From positions 69,554 through 133,553 of the forward strand of contig CADBYH010000001.1 in the NCBI GenBank assembly GCA_902798815.1: a stretch of DNA of 64,000 nucleotides. Reading direction: 5' to 3'. The stretch comes from an uncultured Erysipelotrichaceae bacterium. GTDB lineage: Bacteria; Bacillota_I; Bacilli_A; RF39; UBA660. Position numbers and translations under genes: made by a program. A model generated the notes under the pieces. The model saw only the letters and a program-made list of their open reading frames with translations. It ran no database searches and was not told the origin of the DNA. Of the stretch, positions 7,815 to 17,026 are shown piece by piece. The stretch's first letter is position 1. Every line of letters begins with the position of its first letter.

Positions 7815-10307
7815 ATGAAGAGAATAAAAAAAGGATTTACACTAGTGGAACTACTTGCCGTAATAGTAATTATAGGTATCCTAGCAGTATCATCAGTAGT
7901 TGCATATACAAAATATATTGATAAGGCTAGAAATGAAAAAGAATTTCAAAACGAGAATACTATTATTTCCGCAACAAAACTATTTCTTCAAGCAAATAAA
8001 GATTATATGCCAAAAATAATTGGAGAATCAAGAATAATTAAAGTATCACTATTAAAAAATAATAATTATTTAAAAGAAGATATTGTAAATAAAAAGGGCG
8101 AATCTTGTATGGAATATTCTTACGTTTATGTATATAAGAATGACTATAACTCATATACATATAAACCATATATTTATTGTGGTTCAGAAACTCCAAATAA
8201 CACTACAACACTAGATTCTCCAGTAATTACAGATTTTAACTTTTCAAATTCAAGTAAAGTAAAAAAAGCGTCATTCTCAATGAAAATAAAAGGATCTAAC
8301 TCTGATTCAACTATAAAAATAGATAGTTATAATTACACTATTTATGTTAAAAAAACAGGAGAAACAAAATATACAGAATACTATTCATCAGGATCAATAT
8401 CTGGTAAAAAACAAACAACAATTAACGTTGGTCCAATATATCTAAAAGATTATATTGATATTACTGGATATACTTCTGTAAAAGTAAAAATATTTGTTAG
8501 AAATAACTTAGGAAAAACTGCTGAAGTAACAAAATCAACAGGAGATAATGGATTTATTGATACAACTGCTCCAAATAGTGAATGTAATGATATTACGGGA
8601 CAAGCAACATCAGAAAGTGATTGGATTAATAAAGGATCAGGAAGATCAAGAGTAATTACAATAAAGTGTAATGACGGAGATGGATCAGGATGTATTAGAG
8701 ATGAATTTATTAAGAGTTGGCCATCAGAAAATGAAAAAAGTGTAAAAACATCATCTATAGAAATAGAAGATAATACAGGTAATAAAACAACTTGTCCTGT
8801 ATTGGTAAATGTAGATACTATAGCTCCAACAATAAAAATAACTGCTATAAGTAAAAAATCAAAGTCATCATTACTTACAGAAAGAACAGCAACAGATGGA
8901 GAAGCAATTACAATAAATCCAACAGATTTTAAAGGTACAAATAATACAAATGGTTGGATTAATAAATCAATGGCAGAAGAAGGTATCCAATTCACAGTTA
9001 CTACAGAAGATGATATGTATTTATATAATTATACTTGGGAGACAAGTGATACAGATTCTTCATCTAAACAATTTAATAAAGTAGATTCTAAAAATGAACA
9101 ATTCACTATCTTCTTAAATAAAGAAGGAAGAAGATATGGAAGATTAACGGTATATGATAGAGCAGGAAACGCAACAGTAATTAATGTATATGCAAATATT
9201 GATTATGGACCTAAAAATTTAAAATTAACGATGACACATAGCTATGATTCATCAAAACCACAAGGAAGTAAAGCAACAGTATATTCAAATAATACATGGA
9301 TAGCAACAAATGTTTATATGACAGATGCTAGAACTGTTCCATATGTAGGTCCAACAGCAGATTCAATAAGCGGAATAGCAAAATATCAAATATCATCAGA
9401 TAATAAAAAATGGGAAGATTATAATTATGATTCTGATCAGGAATTATATAGAATTAGAACTAATGGTACAAGTACAAGATATATAAAAGCAATAGATAAT
9501 GCAGGAAATACTGCATCAATAACAAAAACAATTAAAATAGATAAAGAAGGACCAAAAAACTTAACATTAACAATGACCCATAGTTATGATTCATCAAAAC
9601 CGCAAGGAAGCAAAGCAACAGTATATTCAAATGGAACAAAAACATCAAATAATGTTTATATGACAGATGCAAGATATTATCCTTTTGTAGGTCCTTCAGC
9701 AGAATCATTATGCGGAATTAAAAGTTATGAAATATCAGATGATAACAAAATATGGACAATTTACAAATATGATTCCAGTAAAGAATTATATAGACTAACA
9801 ACAAACGGAACACACTATAGATATATAAAGGCAACAGATAATCTTAATAGAGAGATTACTATTACAAAGAAAATTGTCATAAGTAAGTGTAGTGCTTCAA
9901 ATCCATTTGGTTGTGATAAATATGGTGCATGTAGAAAAAATGGTAAAGAAACAGGTTCAACAACTACCTTTGATTGTCCACCATATACAAGTATATGTAC
10001 AAATACACATGGAAGTACTGATCCATGGTGGACAGGAACAATCAAACATTATAAAGGTGATTCATATGATGTAGTATATCCAGTAAAAGATAGTAATGGT
10101 AACAATATTACAAATGGAAACTGGATTCAAGTATGTGCAACAGGAGGAGATTTATATAACGATCCTGTAGATCATAGTTATCTAACAAATTATTGGAATA
10201 ATAATAAAGTAACTGTAGATGGAAAAACATGCTATAAACTATGGGTACATAAAAAATGTATAGAAAAAAATGGCGCAACATGTAGTACATCGGAATGTCC
10301 AGGATAG
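7815..10307 (+). CDS. giant modular type IV pilin-like protein (prepilin leader + Ig-like modules + Cys-rich C-terminal domain)
   Basis: N-terminus MKRIKKGFTLVELLAVIVIIGILA is a class III signal (G-1, F+1, E+5). Downstream modules are bounded by VNVDTIAPT and end in YDRAGN / IDNAGN motifs. There is a 114-aa tandem duplication and a Cys-rich tail. The first ~460 aa are paralogous to 11059..14337. Confidence 0.8.
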   Translation: MKRIKKGFTLVELLAVIVIIGILAVSSVVAYTKYIDKARNEKEFQNENTIISATKLFLQANKDYMPKIIGESRIIKVSLLKNNNYLKEDIVNKKGESCMEYSYVYVYKNDYNSYTYKPYIYCGSETPNNTTTLDSPVITDFNFSNSSKVKKASFSMKIKGSNSDSTIKIDSYNYTIYVKKTGETKYTEYYSSGSISGKKQTTINVGPIYLKDYIDITGYTSVKVKIFVRNNLGKTAEVTKSTGDNGFIDTTAPNSECNDITGQATSESDWINKGSGRSRVITIKCNDGDGSGCIRDEFIKSWPSENEKSVKTSSIEIEDNTGNKTTCPVLVNVDTIAPTIKITAISKKSKSSLLTERTATDGEAITINPTDFKGTNNTNGWINKSMAEEGIQFTVTTEDDMYLYNYTWETSDTDSSSKQFNKVDSKNEQFTIFLNKEGRRYGRLTVYDRAGNATVINVYANIDYGPKNLKLTMTHSYDSSKPQGSKATVYSNNTWIATNVYMTDARTVPYVGPTADSISGIAKYQISSDNKKWEDYNYDSDQELYRIRTNGTSTRYIKAIDNAGNTASITKTIKIDKEGPKNLTLTMTHSYDSSKPQGSKATVYSNGTKTSNNVYMTDARYYPFVGPSAESLCGIKSYEISDDNKIWTIYKYDSSKELYRLTTNGTHYRYIKATDNLNREITITKKIVISKCSASNPFGCDKYGACRKNGKETGSTTTFDCPPYTSICTNTHGSTDPWWTGTIKHYKGDSYDVVYPVKDSNGNNITNGNWIQVCATGGDLYNDPVDHSYLTNYWNNNKVTVDGKTCYKLWVHKKCIEKNGATCSTSECPG
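9207..9890 (+). repeat. tandem 342-bp (114-aa) in-frame duplication inside the pilin gene
   Basis: GPKNLKLTMTHSYDSSKPQGSKATVYSN... (from 9207) repeats as GPKNLTLTMTHSYDSSKPQGSKATVYSN... (from 9549). The first ~90 nt of each unit are nearly identical at the DNA level. Confidence 0.85.
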
Positions 10308-10315
10308 GAGTTAGT

Positions 10316-10966
10316 ATGACAAAGATAAAGAAAAGAAAAACAAATAATAATAAATATCTAATACCTATACTTATAGTAATAATTGTTATAGGAATTATCT
10401 TATTTTTTATCCTAAAACCAAAGAATTCATACAGTATTAAAACTAGATATACTATAAATAGTTGTAAAAAGGATTGTAATATTAAAGAAACAAACTATAA
10501 TCAACTAAAATCAAATATCCCAAAAAATGCATTTAAAAAAATAATAGATAAAGTTAATAAACAAGTAACAAAAAGTTATGAAGAGGATATTAATTCACCA
10601 TTAGATGGAAATGATTGTAAAAAAGTAAAAGATAATTTAAATAACAGATATATTACTAATATATATTATGATAATTATGAAAATGATAAATACATTTCAA
10701 TCCATATGGATATGGTAAGAATAGATTTATGTACTAAAAAGACAAGTAAATCAGATAATTATACATACATATATAGTAAAAAAGACAACAAAGAATTATC
10801 AACAAAAGATTTTATGAACAAAGAATCTATTCTAGAAGATATGATTAACACATCAATAGAAGATAAAACAAATAAATATAGTATATTTTATAATAGTAAA
10901 GGAAAGTTATTTATATCTTATAGTATTAATAATTCACATATAATAAAACCATTAAATAATAAATAA
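10316..10966 (+). CDS. hypothetical membrane-anchored protein
   Basis: ATG at 10316 follows SD GGATAGGAG, so the track start at 10295 is probably too early. N-terminal TM helix YLIPILIVIIVIGIILFFIL. Located between the two pilin paralogs. Confidence 0.6.
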   Translation: MTKIKKRKTNNNKYLIPILIVIIVIGIILFFILKPKNSYSIKTRYTINSCKKDCNIKETNYNQLKSNIPKNAFKKIIDKVNKQVTKSYEEDINSPLDGNDCKKVKDNLNNRYITNIYYDNYENDKYISIHMDMVRIDLCTKKTSKSDNYTYIYSKKDNKELSTKDFMNKESILEDMINTSIEDKTNKYSIFYNSKGKLFISYSINNSHIIKPLNNK

Positions 10967-10993
10967 TCTATATAAAAATATAGATTATTTTTT
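10962..10993 (+). terminator. intrinsic terminator
   Basis: Perfect 12-bp hairpin AATAATCTATAT / ATATAGATTATT followed by a T-run. Confidence 0.65.
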
Positions 10994-10994
10994 G

Positions 10995-11023
10995 TTGAAT
11001 AATAATAAAAAATACATTATAAT
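10995..11023 (+). promoter_or_regulatory. sigma-A type promoter for the second giant pilin gene
   Basis: TTGAAT - 17 nt - TATAAT. Confidence 0.45.
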
Positions 11024-11058
11024 TAATATGTAATAATAGGGCATAAGGTAGTGGTTAT

Positions 11059-14000
11059 ATGAAAAAAAATAAAGGTTTTACATTAATTGAATTATTAGCT
11101 GTAATAACAATAGTAGGGATCTTATCAGTAGGAGCAGTTACTGCATACTCAAGATATATAAAAAAGGCACATGATCAACAGGATGTTGAGAACGTAAATA
11201 CAGTAAAATCAGCTGCAAAACTCTTTTTGCAAGCAAACAAAGATTATATGCCAAAAACAATAGGTGAAACAAGAAAAATACCACTAAGTTTATTAAGAAC
11301 TAACAACTACCTAAAAGAAGATGTTATAGGCAGTAATGGAGAATCTTGTATGGAGTATTCATATGTAAAAGTTACTAAGAAAGACACTAGAAAGTATACA
11401 TATGAACCATTTCTTCATTGTAGTAGTGAAGCACCAACAGGAACCGAAGAAAGTACAATAAAACCATATATAGCAGTAAATTTCTCATCATTATCAAACG
11501 TAAAAACAGCATCATTCTCTTTAGAGATATATGGATCAAGTGCACGTAGATCAGATATAACAATTGAAAGTTATTCATATACAATATATGCTAAAAAGGC
11601 AAATGATACTAAATATACAGAATACTATACATCAGGAAATATTTCCGGAAAAAAACAACCTTCAATAACTGTAAATAATATAAAATTAAGAAACTATTTA
11701 GATATAACAAAAAGTACAAAAGTAAGAGTAAAAGTAATAGCAAGAAATAATTTAGGAAATACTGAAACAGTAACAAAAACAACATCAGCCGAAGGATTTA
11801 AAGATGATGTAGCACCAAGTTCTGAGGAATGTAAAAATATAATTCATGGTCAATCAACTGGAAATAGTGATTGGGTAAATAAAGCAGACGTTAATGCCGG
11901 AAGAAAAAGAACAATTGAAATGGATTGTAATGATAGAGAAGGATCAGGATGTGTCAGAGATAAATTTATCAAGAGTTGGCCAACTAAGAATGAAAAAAGT
12001 ATTAGAACATCAACAATAGAAGCAGAAGATAATTCTGGAAATAAAACAACATGTCAAGTATTAGTAAATGTAGATACAATTGCTCCAACAGTAAAAGTAA
12101 CTGCAAAAGATATCAAAAACAATAAAGTATTATTTACACAAAGAGCAGCAGTTGATGGAGCGAATATAACAATAGATGCTAATTCATATATTGGAGTAGT
12201 AGGAGGCTGGTTAAATAAATCAGTAGCCCCTGAGGGAGTAAAATATATATTTGAAATAAGTGATGATTTAGAATTAAAGAATTATAAATGGCAATATAAT
12301 AATTCAAGTCTTCCAGCAAATTCAACACAAGCATCTATCACTACAATAAAAGGAGAATCAACACAGAATTTAGCTAATAAAAAAACTCATAATGCAGAAT
12401 TAACTTTAACTGGAAACGGAATGAGATATGCCAAACTTACTGCAGTAGATATAGCAGGAAATACAACATCAGTAAATATCTATTTGAATTTAGATAACCA
12501 ATCTCCAATTTGTACACCTCAAATAAAAGATTTAAAAGGAAACGCATATACTCCAGGAAGATGGTTAAAAAAAGGTGAAGGAGTTAACATTTATGGAATA
12601 TGTTCAGATACAGGTGGATCATTATGTAAAGGAAATCTAACCCCAAAAACATATAATACAGATATGGAAGCATCAGTTGGATGGGATGCAACAGATTTAG
12701 TTTATGATAATGCTGGAAATAGTGCATCATGCGAAAAAAAATATCAAGTAAATATTGATACAATTCCACCAACACTTTCATTAGTTGCAAAACCAACAGG
12801 AAAAACAACTCAAGTTTTAAGTAAAACAGCTGAAGCTGGATCAACAACTCAAATTTTAGCAAATGAGTACTCAATAAAAGCAACAAATGATAACTGGTTG
12901 AATTCAGTAAGTTATCCATCTGGAATTAAATATTATTTGACTATAACAGATAACAAGTATTTATATAAAGAAATTTGGGAAGAAAATAAAAAAGATTTAC
13001 CAATAGGATCTGCACCCGCAACAATTACAAGTATACCATCTGGTAATAGTAAAACAACCATATATAGTCAACCATCATCAGGACACCTAACAAGTAAAAG
13101 TGTTGAACATGAATTAAGTGATGATGGAGTTAGATATGCTAATTTTATGGTATATGATAAAGCGGGTAATTCAACAACATTCCAGATTTATGCAAATGTA
13201 GATCATACTCCACCAAAATTAACAATTCATCCATATATAATTAAGACTTTAAATGGAACAACATACACCGATACAAATGGTGATGCTTATAGTAATAAAA
13301 ACAATTTGAGTAAAAAAGAGGTATCTGGAACAGGTTCAGTAGTAATTAATGCTAACCAATATGCAAATGTAAGAGACAACAATAATTGGATGAATTTAGA
13401 TTATTATCCAAAAGGAGTAGCATATAATATTGTTATGGAAGATACACTTTCAAAATTAAGTAAGTATCATTGGTTAACATCATCAAATGTAACATCAAAC
13501 AACACAACAGAACCAACAACTGGTTTTAATACATTAAGTTCACATCCAACAACATATGGAAGTAGTAATAAAGGATTTACATTGACAGGTAATGGAAAAA
13601 GATATGCTAGGATTACCGCATATGATCAAGCAGGAAACCATAGTTTTGGGCATATGTATGCAAACATTGATAATGTTGCTCCAGATTGTAGTTATAGTGA
13701 AGCAAGTTGCTCTAGAGGATCTGCTACAGGATGGACAAAAGGAAATAGAACAGTTAGTTTATATTGTTCTGATCCAACACCAAGTAGTGGTTGTGAAACT
13801 GCAAGATACTATCAAACATTTAGTAGTTCTAATTTTATTGATCATTTGAGTCCCGGTTCAGGAACTCGTGCAATATATGATAATGCTCAAAATGAAAGAC
13901 TATGTTCAACAGCGGTGTATACATGTATTGATAAAACTAAACCACATACTCCATACGTCAATTCCTCAAGTATTGTCATAAGAAGTGGTACAGGTTCTAT

Positions 14001-14337
14001 CACAAGCAATAATTGTTATACCTCAAGAAAAACAAGAAGTTATGATGAAGAAGAATGTGATGTATATTTCAATTTAAAAAGAGGACAAACAGTAACATGG
14101 ACCGTTCATTATTCAGGATATGATGAAGATTCAGGAATAAATAAATATCTAGTATCATTTAACTGTAATAATGGTGGTTCACCAAAAATATTCTACGATT
14201 CGGTAGATGCCAGTACAGTCGATTATTTAGATGCAAGCGGATATAAAAGTTGTACCGTTGTATACGAAGCAGTAGATTATTTAGGAAATGTCAGTGAACA
14301 ATTATTTATAAAAGAACATTTCACATATTATGATTAA
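11059..14337 (+). CDS. giant modular type IV pilin-like protein (prepilin leader + at least 6 Ig-like modules)
   Basis: MKKNKGFTLIELLAVITIVGILS prepilin signal with E+5. Module boundaries repeat as VNVDTIAPTVKV, LNLDNQSPICTP, VNIDTIPPTLSL, ANVDHTPPKLTI, ANIDNVAPDCSY and CIDKTKPHTPYV. Each follows a xYDxAGN strand (AVDIAGNTT, VYDKAGNST, AYDQAGNHS). Confidence 0.8.
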   Translation: MKKNKGFTLIELLAVITIVGILSVGAVTAYSRYIKKAHDQQDVENVNTVKSAAKLFLQANKDYMPKTIGETRKIPLSLLRTNNYLKEDVIGSNGESCMEYSYVKVTKKDTRKYTYEPFLHCSSEAPTGTEESTIKPYIAVNFSSLSNVKTASFSLEIYGSSARRSDITIESYSYTIYAKKANDTKYTEYYTSGNISGKKQPSITVNNIKLRNYLDITKSTKVRVKVIARNNLGNTETVTKTTSAEGFKDDVAPSSEECKNIIHGQSTGNSDWVNKADVNAGRKRTIEMDCNDREGSGCVRDKFIKSWPTKNEKSIRTSTIEAEDNSGNKTTCQVLVNVDTIAPTVKVTAKDIKNNKVLFTQRAAVDGANITIDANSYIGVVGGWLNKSVAPEGVKYIFEISDDLELKNYKWQYNNSSLPANSTQASITTIKGESTQNLANKKTHNAELTLTGNGMRYAKLTAVDIAGNTTSVNIYLNLDNQSPICTPQIKDLKGNAYTPGRWLKKGEGVNIYGICSDTGGSLCKGNLTPKTYNTDMEASVGWDATDLVYDNAGNSASCEKKYQVNIDTIPPTLSLVAKPTGKTTQVLSKTAEAGSTTQILANEYSIKATNDNWLNSVSYPSGIKYYLTITDNKYLYKEIWEENKKDLPIGSAPATITSIPSGNSKTTIYSQPSSGHLTSKSVEHELSDDGVRYANFMVYDKAGNSTTFQIYANVDHTPPKLTIHPYIIKTLNGTTYTDTNGDAYSNKNNLSKKEVSGTGSVVINANQYANVRDNNNWMNLDYYPKGVAYNIVMEDTLSKLSKYHWLTSSNVTSNNTTEPTTGFNTLSSHPTTYGSSNKGFTLTGNGKRYARITAYDQAGNHSFGHMYANIDNVAPDCSYSEASCSRGSATGWTKGNRTVSLYCSDPTPSSGCETARYYQTFSSSNFIDHLSPGSGTRAIYDNAQNERLCSTAVYTCIDKTKPHTPYVNSSSIVIRSGTGSITSNNCYTSRKTRSYDEEECDVYFNLKRGQTVTWTVHYSGYDEDSGINKYLVSFNCNNGGSPKIFYDSVDASTVDYLDASGYKSCTVVYEAVDYLGNVSEQLFIKEHFTYYD

Positions 14338-14348
14338 AGGAGAAACCT

Positions 14349-14675
14349 ATGAAGAAAAAAAAATTAATAATAATAACCATAGTATTTCTTATAATAATCC
14401 TAGGAATAATATTAATAACCTTTGGTGTAAATATAAATAATAAAGATTCAAAAAAAACATATATAACAAAAGAACAAGCAGAAAAAATTCTAAAAAAAGA
14501 TTTAGGACAAGAAGCCAAAGATATTAAATTTATAGAAGAAGCAGATGAATATTATAAATTTGATGTAGATAGTGATAATGAAGAAATAAAAGGAAATTAT
14601 TTGGTAGATAAAAGTAAAAAAAAGGTAATGAAAGAATACACTGGAACTACAACTTCTTCCTATAACGTTGAATAA
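14349..14675 (+). CDS. small membrane-anchored PepSY-like protein
   Basis: SD AAAGGAG. N-terminal TM helix, then ITKEQAEKILKKDLGQEAKDIKFIEEADEYYKFDV...YLVDKSKKKV, which resembles a PepSY domain. Confidence 0.5.
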   Translation: MKKKKLIIITIVFLIIILGIILITFGVNINNKDSKKTYITKEQAEKILKKDLGQEAKDIKFIEEADEYYKFDVDSDNEEIKGNYLVDKSKKKVMKEYTGTTTSSYNVE

Positions 14676-14707
14676 AACTAATTGAATAATTTTCAATTAG
14701 TTTTTTA
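14674..14707 (+). terminator. intrinsic terminator
   Basis: AAAACTAATTGAA / TTCAATTAGTTTT hairpin plus a T-run. Confidence 0.65.
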
Positions 14708-14734
14708 TTTGCTATAATATAAGAAGGTGATATT

Positions 14735-17026
14735 ATGAATAAAATAATAATTTGTCCAAATGAAGAGAAACTAAATATATTAAATAATTTAAGTACTACT
14801 AATACACTTCATAACTATAAATTTATGACTATAAATGAATTTATAGATAATTATTATTTTACTTATAATAATGATACATTGTATTATTTGATGAACAAAT
14901 ATAACTATGATATAGATGTATCTAAAGTATATTTAAAAAATCTATACTTTATTGACTTAAATAAAACATATAAAAATAAAAAACTTTCCCTTCTACAACA
15001 ATTAAAACAAGAATTAATAAATAATAATTTATTAGTCTTTAATAATGCATTTAAAGCCTATATAAAAGGAAAAGAAATAGAAGTAATAAATTACTATGAT
15101 TTAGATAAATATCAAGAAAAAATATTAGGTAATATTGAAATACCTAATACTAAATTGAATACTAAAGTATATGAATTTAAATCTATCGAAGAAGAATTAA
15201 ATTTTGTATGCATAGAAATAATTAAATTATTAAATAAAGGAATAGATATCAATAAAATATATTTATCTAATGTAACAGAAGAATATAATTATATTTTATC
15301 TAAAATATTTTCATATTATAAGATACCAATTAATATTAATTTTAAAGATTCGATTTTTTCAACCCCAACAGTAAAAGAATATTTAAATACAAATAAATTA
15401 GATTTAGAAAATGAATCAAAAATAACTATCAATAAAAAAATAATAAATATTATAAAAGATATACCATTAGATGATGATATATCTAAAAAAATATTGATAG
15501 ATAAATTAAAAAATACATATATACCTAATACTAAATTAATGAATGCAGTTAATGTAAAAGATTTAGATAAATATACATTTAATGAAGATGAATATGTCTT
15601 TGTATTAGGATTTAATTTAGATAGTTTACCTAAAACATATAAAGATATAAATTATTTAACTGATAAAGACAAAGAAGAAGTAGAATTATATGACACTTTA
15701 TATCTAAATAGAAGAGAAAAAGAAAAAATAAGATATTTATTAAGTAGAATAAAGAATCTAACTATCTCTTATAAATTATCATCTCCATTCCAAAAATATT
15801 ATCCATCAAACCTAATAAATGATTTAAATTTAGAAGTAATAAAAAACTATAATTCTAATTTAAATTACTCAAATACATATAATAAAATATTATTAGGAGA
15901 ATACCTAGATAATTACAATTTGTATGGAGAAATAAATGATAATTTAAAAATATTAAATAGTAATTATGATATAAACTATAATTCTTATTCCAATCAATAT
16001 ACAGGTATTAATGTAGATAAATATCATGAAAATTTAGCATATCCTTTAAGAATATCTTATACATCTTTAAATAATTATAATGAATGTAAATTTAAATATT
16101 ATATTAATAATGTTCTAAAACTAAATGAATATACTGATACATTTCAAGCATTTATAGGTTCTATGTATCATTATATTTTAACATTATATAAAAAAAATAA
16201 TTTTAATTTAGATATAGAGTTTAATAATTATCTAGAAAAAAGAGATTTATCTTTAAAGGAAAAACTATTATTAGTAAAAATAAAAAAGGATTTAATTGAA
16301 TTAATTAATATTTTAAATAAACAACAATCGTTAACAAAATATGATAATGAATTATATGAAAAAAAAGTACTTATACCATTAAGAACAGATATCTCAGTTG
16401 AATTCATTGGTTTCATAGATAAGATTATGTATTACAAGAATATGGATGATACATACTTTTCTATAATAGATTATAAAACAGGTTCTATAGATACAAATAT
16501 AGAATTAATGAAATATGGTCTACATATGCAATTACCAGTATATTTATATTTAATTAATTATTCTGATATTATATCAAATCCAATATTTACAGGTATTTAT
16601 TATCAAAATATCTTATTTAATTATCCAACATGGTCTAAAAATTTAGATAAAGATCTTAAAGAAAGATATTTATTAAAAGGATATTCAACAGATAAAACAG
16701 ATATCTTAGAAAGATTTGATATAACATATAAGGATAGTGAACTTATAAAAAGTATGAAATATAATCCAGATAAAGGATTTGGACCATATACTAAGTTAAT
16801 AGACGATAATACTATGTTTAATATGATTAAATTTGTAGATAAACACATAAAAGATAAAACAGAAGAAATATTAAATGCAGACTTTAAAATAGATCCTAAA
16901 GTCTATGATGGAAAAAACATTTCTTGTAGATTTTGTACATTTAAAGATTTATGCTTTATGAAAAGCGATGACATCAAATATTTAGATAAAGTAGAAGACT
17001 TAGATTTCCTAGGAGGTGATATGTAA
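14735..17026 (+). CDS. addB: helicase-nuclease AddAB subunit B
   Basis: Immediately upstream of and overlapping addA. C-terminal RecB-type nuclease region (IDYKTG...) and terminal cysteines (CRFCTFKDLC) match the AddB Fe-S cluster. Confidence 0.8.
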   Translation: MNKIIICPNEEKLNILNNLSTTNTLHNYKFMTINEFIDNYYFTYNNDTLYYLMNKYNYDIDVSKVYLKNLYFIDLNKTYKNKKLSLLQQLKQELINNNLLVFNNAFKAYIKGKEIEVINYYDLDKYQEKILGNIEIPNTKLNTKVYEFKSIEEELNFVCIEIIKLLNKGIDINKIYLSNVTEEYNYILSKIFSYYKIPININFKDSIFSTPTVKEYLNTNKLDLENESKITINKKIINIIKDIPLDDDISKKILIDKLKNTYIPNTKLMNAVNVKDLDKYTFNEDEYVFVLGFNLDSLPKTYKDINYLTDKDKEEVELYDTLYLNRREKEKIRYLLSRIKNLTISYKLSSPFQKYYPSNLINDLNLEVIKNYNSNLNYSNTYNKILLGEYLDNYNLYGEINDNLKILNSNYDINYNSYSNQYTGINVDKYHENLAYPLRISYTSLNNYNECKFKYYINNVLKLNEYTDTFQAFIGSMYHYILTLYKKNNFNLDIEFNNYLEKRDLSLKEKLLLVKIKKDLIELINILNKQQSLTKYDNELYEKKVLIPLRTDISVEFIGFIDKIMYYKNMDDTYFSIIDYKTGSIDTNIELMKYGLHMQLPVYLYLINYSDIISNPIFTGIYYQNILFNYPTWSKNLDKDLKERYLLKGYSTDKTDILERFDITYKDSELIKSMKYNPDKGFGPYTKLIDDNTMFNMIKFVDKHIKDKTEEILNADFKIDPKVYDGKNISCRFCTFKDLCFMKSDDIKYLDKVEDLDFLGGDM

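Noticed and set aside
8450-8995. Antisense ORFs in the track. Examples: 8450..8995(-), 22428..22841(-), 47383..47811(-), 50104..50304(-), 50321..50635(-), 50746..51081(-), 12584..12919(-), 45476..45748(-), 38144..38407(-), 4050..4364(-). Same-strand alternative-frame ORFs are also included (9892..10074, 13592..13849, 50127..50309).
   Set aside because: All lie completely inside strongly supported genes (pilins, pepM, dnaK, dnaJ, parE and others). They have no SD and low-complexity Leu/Ile/Phe/Ser-rich translations, which is typical of open shadow frames in AT-rich DNA.
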